Assembly (NCBI RefSeq): GCF_000018785.1
Contig: NC_010163.1
Location: 300,001-332,000, forward strand
Length of the DNA: 32,000 bases
Direction: 5' to 3'
Source of the DNA: Acholeplasma laidlawii PG-8A
Lineage (GTDB): Bacteria; Bacillota_I; Bacilli_A; Acholeplasmatales; Acholeplasmataceae
Part shown: piece after piece, positions 26,124 to 32,000 of the stretch
Layout: each line of letters begins with the position of its first letter
How positions within the stretch are numbered: the first letter of the stretch is position 1
The notes under the pieces: generated by a model
Told to the model about the DNA's origin: nothing
The model's database searches: none
What the model saw: the letters and a program-made list of their open reading frames with translations, nothing else
Made by a program: the position numbers and the translations under genes

Positions 26124-26558
26124 ATGAATATTAATGTAATTAAAGAAAAAGTAAAATCCATACTAGATCCAAAAGATATCATAGTTTATGATATATTTGA
26201 AGAAAAAATGGGTAAGGAAAAAATTCTTACGATTTTACTTGATGCAACACTTGATCATGAGCATTTAGAAAAAGTGCATATGGAAGTTCTAGATTATATA
26301 AATGATGATTTAGATGATGACTATTATTTACAAATGTCAACTGTTGGTATTGAAAAAGAACTAAGGAATTTAGAAGAAGTTCAAAGACATGTTGGCGGGT
26401 ATGTATATTTAGAAAGTGATGCATACACAGGTAATGCTACTTTAAATGACGTGATTGATAATGAACTACACATTAGTTTTTTCATTAAAGGGCGTCCAAA
26501 AAAACTACAAATTAAATATGAAAACATAAGATTTATCCGCCAAGCGGTTAAATTTTAA
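26124..26558 (+). CDS. rimP: ribosome maturation factor RimP
   Basis: Position upstream of nusA, RimP-like N-terminus. ATG 26124 is 8 nt after GAAGAGG, whereas ATG 26118 is only 2 nt after it. Confidence 0.85.
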   Translation: MNINVIKEKVKSILDPKDIIVYDIFEEKMGKEKILTILLDATLDHEHLEKVHMEVLDYINDDLDDDYYLQMSTVGIEKELRNLEEVQRHVGGYVYLESDAYTGNATLNDVIDNELHISFFIKGRPKKLQIKYENIRFIRQAVKF

Positions 26559-26573
26559 AAGGAGAGAATAAAA

Positions 26574-27650
26574 ATGATCAGTAAAGCATTTTTCCAAAAT
26601 ATTGAAGAAGTCGCTGAAGATAACGACTTAAATAAAGAACAAGTATTCCATGCTTTTGAGCAAGGATTAATTGCTGCATGTAAAAAGCAATTAGGTGTAC
26701 AAACATGCCGTGTAGAATTTAAAGAAGAAAAACATGAATTATTAATCTATGGTCAATATTATGTATTACCTGAAGGTGAACTTAATTTAGAACTAGATAA
26801 AAAGTATACTTTCTTAAAATTAGAAGATGCTAAAGCATTAAAGAAATCAGCTAAAGCTGGCGAGATTTTAGAAGTAAAAATTGAACCAAGTGAATTTAGC
26901 TATAATGCAAGCCGTGATTTAAAACATAGATTCAATGAAGTTTTAAATCAAATTAAGAAAGAAAACATCTATCAAGGATTAAAAGATCTTCAATATGAAA
27001 TGGTAACAGCTAGAGTCTTAGAAGAAGAAAAAGACTTCTACCGTATTGAAATCAACAAGGATGTTATTACAATGCTACCTAAAAAGGAAGCATTACCTAC
27101 AGATAAATTCCATGTAGGGGATCGTATTAAAGTTTATGTTACGGATGTAGAAATGAAGACGAAAGGTCCTAAAATTTATGTTTCTCGTACACATGTTGCT
27201 TTAGTCACTCGTCTACTTGAAGAATATGTACCAGAAATCAAAGATGGTACGATTGAAGTTTTAGGTATCGCACGTGATCCAGGTGATCGTTCTAAAGTAG
27301 GTTTAAAATCTAATAATGAGAACGTTGACGTTATCGGAGCTACAGTTGGTGAAGGTGGCGTACGTATTAAAGAAATCTCTAAATTCCTATCTGGAGAAAA
27401 AATTGATTTATTCAGATGGAGTGATAATGAACAAGAACTCATTGGTAACTCTTTACAACCGGCACCGGTTGTAGCAGTTACGAGAGTAAATCCTAAAGAA
27501 AAGAGTGCATTAGCAATTGTGCCTGATGCTCAATTATCTTTAGCAATTGGTAAACTTGGTCAAAATGTTAAGTTAGCAGTTCAAGCAAGTGGTTGGTCTA
27601 TTGATATTAAATCTGAGACTACAGCAGCTGAAGAAGGCATTATTTACTAA
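26574..27650 (+). CDS. nusA: transcription termination/antitermination factor NusA
   Basis: N-terminal domain, S1 and two KH domains (..GATVGEGGVRIKEI.., ..AIGKLGQNVKLA..). SD AAAGGAGAG. Confidence 0.95.
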   Translation: MISKAFFQNIEEVAEDNDLNKEQVFHAFEQGLIAACKKQLGVQTCRVEFKEEKHELLIYGQYYVLPEGELNLELDKKYTFLKLEDAKALKKSAKAGEILEVKIEPSEFSYNASRDLKHRFNEVLNQIKKENIYQGLKDLQYEMVTARVLEEEKDFYRIEINKDVITMLPKKEALPTDKFHVGDRIKVYVTDVEMKTKGPKIYVSRTHVALVTRLLEEYVPEIKDGTIEVLGIARDPGDRSKVGLKSNNENVDVIGATVGEGGVRIKEISKFLSGEKIDLFRWSDNEQELIGNSLQPAPVVAVTRVNPKEKSALAIVPDAQLSLAIGKLGQNVKLAVQASGWSIDIKSETTAAEEGIIY

Positions 27651-27661
27651 GAGGGTTTAAA

Positions 27662-27922
27662 ATGAAAACAGTTAAAAAGATTCCAATGCGTACATGTGTC
27701 GTTACAAAGACTGTTCATCCTAAAAAAGATTTGGTACGCATTGTAGCAAATAAAGAAGGACTTGTCTTTGTTGATACTAAGGGCAAAGCTAATGGTCGTG
27801 GTGCATATATTCATTTAAGTGTAGAAAATATTGAACTTGCTAAAAAGAGTAAAGCGCTCGACAGAAAATTAGAAGTTACAATTCCTGATAGCGTTTATGA
27901 AGACTTGGCTAAACTATTATGA
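27662..27922 (+). CDS. rnpM: YlxR/RnpM family RNA-binding protein (DUF448)
   Basis: PMRTCVVTK....GRGAYI signature, with conserved placement after nusA. Confidence 0.85.
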   Translation: MKTVKKIPMRTCVVTKTVHPKKDLVRIVANKEGLVFVDTKGKANGRGAYIHLSVENIELAKKSKALDRKLEVTIPDSVYEDLAKLL

Positions 27923-28197
27923 ATAAAGGTGCTTTAGGACTTGCATATGCTGCAAGAAAAGTGGTTATCGGTCAAGAAGAAGTTGTTAAGGCACTTCAAA
28001 AGAAACAACTACATTTAGTATTACTTGCAACCGATGCAAGTGATAATACAACTAAAAAGATAAAAGACAAAACAAATACTTATCAAATTCAATTAATACA
28101 TACACATACCTCACTAGATATTTCTAGTGCCATAGGTAAGAAAAATATTAAAGTCATAGGAATAAAGGATAAAGGGTTTAGTATGATGCTTAAATAG
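27919..28197 (+). CDS. ylxQ: L7Ae-family RNA-binding protein YlxQ
   Basis: 92 aa between ylxR and infB, with ..KVVIGQEEVVKAL..LVLLATDAS.. ATGA overlap with ylxR. Confidence 0.8.
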   Translation: MNKGALGLAYAARKVVIGQEEVVKALQKKQLHLVLLATDASDNTTKKIKDKTNTYQIQLIHTHTSLDISSAIGKKNIKVIGIKDKGFSMMLK

Positions 28198-28212
28198 AAA
28201 GGTTGATGCAAT

Positions 28213-30075
28213 ATGGCAAAACAAAGAAGTAATAATAAAAATAACAATAACACTAAGAGACCAAGTAAAAATAATTTTGGAAAGTCTACTTATTCAAACA
28301 CTCAAAAACCAGCACCTAAAAAAGTGATAACAGAGTTAATTTTCAAACCTGAAATGACGGTTTCAGATGTGGCAGAAGCACTTGACATCTCAAACGCAGT
28401 TTTAATTAAAAAACTAATGGGTTTAGGGATGATGACTTCTGTAAACCAAGTTTTAGAACGTGATGTTGTAGAACTTATAGCTATGGATATGGGTATTGAA
28501 GTTAAAGATGAAGTAATCACAGATTTAACAAGATATGATGAAATGGAAATTATTGACGATCCAAAAGATCTTGTTAAAAGAAGTCCAATTATTACGATTA
28601 TGGGTCACGTAGACCATGGTAAAACAACACTTTTAGATTCTATTAGAAAATCTAGAGTGGTCACAGGAGAAGCTGGTGGAATCACACAACACATCGGTGC
28701 TTATCAAGTTGAACATGGTGGTGAAAAAATTACATTTATCGATACCCCAGGTCACGCGGCATTTACTGAAATGCGTGCACGTGGAGCTAAAGTAACTGAT
28801 ATTGTTGTTTTAGTTGTGGCTGCAGATGATGGTGTTAAACCACAAACAATTGAAGCGTTACAACATGCCAAGGCATCAGGCGTTCCTATTATCGTAGCAA
28901 TCAATAAAATTGATAAACCAACAGCAAATCCAGATAACGTTATGAGTGCTTTATCAGCACATGATTTAACGCCTGAAGCATGGGGTGGTACAACACCATA
29001 TGTTGAAGTATCTGCATTAAAACGTTTAGGTATTGATAATTTATTAGATATTATTTTAGTATTAGCAGAAGTTGAAGACTTAAAAGCAAATCCAAAACGT
29101 GATGCAATGGGTACTGTTATTGAAGCTTACCTAGACAAAGGTAGAGGTCCGGTTGCAACAGTTATTGTTGAAAATGGTACTTTACGTATTGGTGATATCA
29201 TCGTTATTGGTAATACATTCGGTCGTATACGTACAATGAATGATGATCTTAAAAAACGTTATGATGAAGCACTTCCAGGTACACCGGTTGAAATTACAGG
29301 TTTAGACCAAGTACCTCAAGCTGGTGATATTTTCATGGTATTTAAAGATGAAAGAGTAGCACGCCAAACAGCGGAAGCACGTTCTTCAAAACTAAAAGAA
29401 ACATATATTAAACAACAAAAAGCGAGTTCACTTGAATCCATGTTTGGTGCACAAGATGATGGCGAAAAAGTATTAAACTTAGTACTTAAATGTGACGTTC
29501 AAGGTAGTATTGAAGCATTAAAAGGTATGCTCGATAAAATTGATGTTGATGGCTTCAAAGCCAACATCGTGCGTAGTGGTGTGGGTGGAATTTCTGAAAC
29601 AGATGTTCAACTAGCATCTGCATCTGGTGCAGTCGTTATTGGTTTTAACGTTCGTCCTACAGCTGCAGTAAAATCTCTAGCAGAATCTATGAATGTTGAA
29701 ATCAGATTATATAATGTCGTATATCGTATTACTGAAGACATCGAAAAAGCTCTAAAAGGTATGTTAGAACCAGTCTTTGAAGATGTTGTAACTGGTACCG
29801 CAGAAGTACGTCAATTATTTAAAATTTCTAAAATTGGAACAATCGCAGGTAGCTATGTTACAAACGGTGTCATCCATAGAGATTCTAAAGTTACAGTCAT
29901 TAGAGAAGGTGTTGTTATCTATAACGGAGTACTATCTAGTTTAAAACGTGGTAAAGATGATGTTAAAGAAGTACGTCAAGGATTTGAATTCGGCTTTAGC
30001 GTTGAAAACTACAACGATTTAAAAGAAGGTGACGTGATTGAAGCGTCTATTGAAAGAGAAGTGGAGGTAAATTAA
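28213..30075 (+). CDS. infB: translation initiation factor IF-2
   Basis: GHVDHGKTT, DTPGH and NKID GTPase motifs. 620 aa with a short Asn/Lys-rich N-terminus. Confidence 0.96.
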   Translation: MAKQRSNNKNNNNTKRPSKNNFGKSTYSNTQKPAPKKVITELIFKPEMTVSDVAEALDISNAVLIKKLMGLGMMTSVNQVLERDVVELIAMDMGIEVKDEVITDLTRYDEMEIIDDPKDLVKRSPIITIMGHVDHGKTTLLDSIRKSRVVTGEAGGITQHIGAYQVEHGGEKITFIDTPGHAAFTEMRARGAKVTDIVVLVVAADDGVKPQTIEALQHAKASGVPIIVAINKIDKPTANPDNVMSALSAHDLTPEAWGGTTPYVEVSALKRLGIDNLLDIILVLAEVEDLKANPKRDAMGTVIEAYLDKGRGPVATVIVENGTLRIGDIIVIGNTFGRIRTMNDDLKKRYDEALPGTPVEITGLDQVPQAGDIFMVFKDERVARQTAEARSSKLKETYIKQQKASSLESMFGAQDDGEKVLNLVLKCDVQGSIEALKGMLDKIDVDGFKANIVRSGVGGISETDVQLASASGAVVIGFNVRPTAAVKSLAESMNVEIRLYNVVYRITEDIEKALKGMLEPVFEDVVTGTAEVRQLFKISKIGTIAGSYVTNGVIHRDSKVTVIREGVVIYNGVLSSLKRGKDDVKEVRQGFEFGFSVENYNDLKEGDVIEASIEREVEVN

Positions 30076-30077
30076 TT

Positions 30078-30425
30078 ATGAGTATTAATGTCGATCGTTT
30101 AGCTTCAAGAATCTTTAGAGAATTAGTTCATATCGTAAATGATGTGATTAAAAACACTCAAATTGGTTATATTACACTTACAGAAACTAAAGTCACTAAA
30201 GATAAAAGTTACTGTTATGTTTACTACACCATCATTGATGATAGTGTAGAAGCCAAAAAGAAAGTTCAAGATCTTTTAGATGCAGGTAAAAAAGAAATTC
30301 GTATGAAGTTAGCATCTAAAGTTAACGACATTCGAAAAATTCCTGATTTAGTCTTTAAATATGATGAAGCATTAGCTTATGGTAATCATATTGATAAATT
30401 ACTTTCGGATATCAATAAAAATTAA
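30078..30425 (+). CDS. rbfA: ribosome-binding factor A
   Basis: 115 aa directly after infB, KH-like sequence. SD GGAGGT. Confidence 0.9.
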   Translation: MSINVDRLASRIFRELVHIVNDVIKNTQIGYITLTETKVTKDKSYCYVYYTIIDDSVEAKKKVQDLLDAGKKEIRMKLASKVNDIRKIPDLVFKYDEALAYGNHIDKLLSDINKN

Positions 30426-30430
30426 TAATG

Positions 30431-30468
30431 AAAAATGCGAGTACTTAAATTAAAGTACTCGCATTTTT
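30431..30468. terminator. bidirectional intrinsic terminator
   Basis: 16-bp perfect stem AAAAATGCGAGTACTT (30431-30446) / AAGTACTCGCATTTTT (30453-30468). Confidence 0.9.
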
Positions 30469-30469
30469 A

Positions 30470-32000
30470 TTATAGGACAGGATGATTTAATGTATAAGTT
30501 TCTGTAACCACTTTAGTCTCACCATCAAATAATACGATACCACTCGATGAGAATGTATAAAAGATATTATTGATGTAGATACCTCTATCAATTTGATTGG
30601 TATACTCGGTACTAGCGTGTGTGATGATATAAGGGTTTTGAATAATTGGTGATGTATTAAAATCTATATAAAATAGATAATATTGACTAGAGTATTCATA
30701 ATAACCAAGGTCTTCATTAAATTCGCCAGTGTTTGCAGCAAACCCGATAAAACCGTGATCTGGTGAAACAAGAATAGCTTTATGGTTACTTAATGCTTCA
30801 CTATAACTCCATCCGACATTTTCATCTGGATTGCTTAAAAGATAAGTTTCTAAAGGTGCGGTGGTATTCGTTGTATTGTATGCTGATATCTTCACATTAA
30901 AGGTTTCATCATAACCAATACCTATGAGATGTGTTTCATCCCAAACATGTAAGTAAGTATTATATCCTGGTTCTTCAATCTCATTTAAAATCTTAATGTC
31001 TTTTGGATTACTAATATCTATGGTGTATAAAGGATCTATTTGTCTATAGGTTACAACATAGGCTAAATATTTATCAAAACGCACGGATGTTACACGCTCT
31101 TCTGGTTTACCAATACCTTCATCTAATAATCCGTAGTGTTCAAGTGTATCCTGTGTTTCATGTTCTTTTAATACATATAATCTATTTTTATCTGTTTGAC
31201 CCCATGAACGTGTTGTAACTACACGAAGTAATCCTTCATATTCATCTAGCCAAAATTGGTTTTCTATATAACCTTCTAATATAGTAGAACCACTATAGTT
31301 TACTTTGTGTGTATCACTATCAATTGAAAATTTAGTAATATGTGTGCCTGTTACCACAGTATTTAGTGTTGGGTAATATGTAAACATACCAGCGATGTAA
31401 AGACTTGTTTTAGTCATATAGATGTGGCCGTATACACCAACAACGGTTGTATGATCTAAAGTGAGTGTATCTAGATTTAAGGATGAAATGGTTGTCATAT
31501 TATATGCAGGAATTGCATCAAAGATTAAAATGTCTTCATACCCTACATAAGAGGTGTGAGTTTCTCCGTCCTTGTTTATAGTAAATTGTGGTCTAAGTTC
31601 ATCTTTTGAGATTCTGTTATAAGAAACCATATAAAGAGTGTCATCAATGATGCGGTGTGCTTGAATATCACCAATGGTCTTAAGTTCATAATCTAAAGAT
31701 AAATCTGTTCGATCATAAATACGCACAATGGAACTATATCTATACCCATAAAAATAACTGCTAGGTAAAATCAGTGCTGCATCATTAAATGCATAATATG
31801 TATCAAGGTTTTCTTCAAAATAACCTATAACAACAAGACTATCTGTAGTTAAATAAAATTCAGTAATGTAGACATCTAATAAATCAAGACCTTGTTTTTT
31901 AGTCAGACTACCATCTGGATTCACTTCATAACGGTAGAGTCTATTACTTTGATATCTTGGTGTATAAAAAATCTCATAACCATCTGTTTTAATAATGTCT
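30470..32000 (-). CDS. secreted beta-propeller domain protein (PF09826-like), N-terminal part outside window
   Basis: The frame stays open from the stop at 30470-30472 to the window edge; upstream of the track start it reads ..DIIKTDGYEIFYTPRYQSNRLYRYE... The segment YLAYVVTYRQIDPLYTIDISNPKDIKILNEIEEPGYNTYLHVWDETHLIGIGYD resembles the family signature as I recall it. Confidence 0.6.
   Translation of the reverse strand, partial: DIIKTDGYEIFYTPRYQSNRLYRYEVNPDGSLTKKQGLDLLDVYITEFYLTTDSLVVIGYFEENLDTYYAFNDAALILPSSYFYGYRYSSIVRIYDRTDLSLDYELKTIGDIQAHRIIDDTLYMVSYNRISKDELRPQFTINKDGETHTSYVGYEDILIFDAIPAYNMTTISSLNLDTLTLDHTTVVGVYGHIYMTKTSLYIAGMFTYYPTLNTVVTGTHITKFSIDSDTHKVNYSGSTILEGYIENQFWLDEYEGLLRVVTTRSWGQTDKNRLYVLKEHETQDTLEHYGLLDEGIGKPEERVTSVRFDKYLAYVVTYRQIDPLYTIDISNPKDIKILNEIEEPGYNTYLHVWDETHLIGIGYDETFNVKISAYNTTNTTAPLETYLLSNPDENVGWSYSEALSNHKAILVSPDHGFIGFAANTGEFNEDLGYYEYSSQYYLFYIDFNTSPIIQNPYIITHASTEYTNQIDRGIYINNIFYTFSSSGIVLFDGETKVVTETYTLNHPVL

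Noticed and set aside
1305-28520. Other short ORFs nested in or antisense to larger genes: 1305-1502, 5683-5874, 7042-7284, 11003-11206, 14128-14322, 15893-16087, 16497-16697, 17605-17820, 18547-18861, 24190-24405, 24712-24903, 26227-26424, 27176-27442, 28302-28520
   Set aside because: All lie inside or opposite well-supported genes, lack SD sequences and recognisable motifs, and are expected by chance in AT-rich DNA.
1-32000. CRISPR arrays, IS elements, integrases, prophage genes, toxin-antitoxin pairs, or alternative code (TGA=Trp)
   Set aside because: No spaced direct-repeat arrays and no transposase- or integrase-like ORFs were seen. TGA terminates several well-defined genes, and all long ORFs are intact under the standard code.

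Overview
Very low-GC (about 30%) bacterial chromosomal segment. TGA is used as a stop codon (e.g. 2299-2301, 16663-16665) and Trp is TGG, so this is genetic code 11. That fits an Acholeplasma-like Mollicute or another AT-rich Firmicute; the taxon is inference only. Most of the window is conserved housekeeping. It holds a sirtuin, two single tRNA genes (Gly-GCC, Thr-GGU), a cold-shock protein, cvfB-proS, yidD, a stand-alone EF-G paralog, hpf, sodA, rqcH, gmk-rpoZ-uvrC plus a KapD-like exonuclease, an MFS transporter, RNase J, a small metabolic cluster (HAD, aldose epimerase, M19 dipeptidase), coaD, the complete rimP-nusA-ylxR-ylxQ-infB-rbfA operon, and a partial secreted beta-propeller protein. 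Many promoters are of the extended -10 type (TGnTATAAT), and most operons end in clear hairpin/T-run terminators. I found no CRISPR array, integrase, transposase, prophage or recognisable defence island. The strongest unexplained signal is a candidate sRNA gene of about 205 nt on the minus strand at 11338-11542, with its own consensus promoter, a strand-specific closing helix and an intrinsic terminator. Other points worth a second look are listed below.
- The EF-G paralog has Asn in place of the catalytic switch-II histidine.
- A class-II Fic gene is frameshifted and also has a mutated catalytic His.
- The sirtuin has lost all four zinc-ribbon cysteines.
- A membrane HExxH protein and a methyltransferase form a coupled pair bracketed by the two antisense tRNA genes.
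- A truncated ComFC-like zinc-ribbon ORF is fused in an operon with hpf.
- An eroded accessory islet (23417-25420) carries two gene remnants around an intact C26 amidotransferase-like gene.
All functional calls rest on motif recognition by eye. No searches were run.
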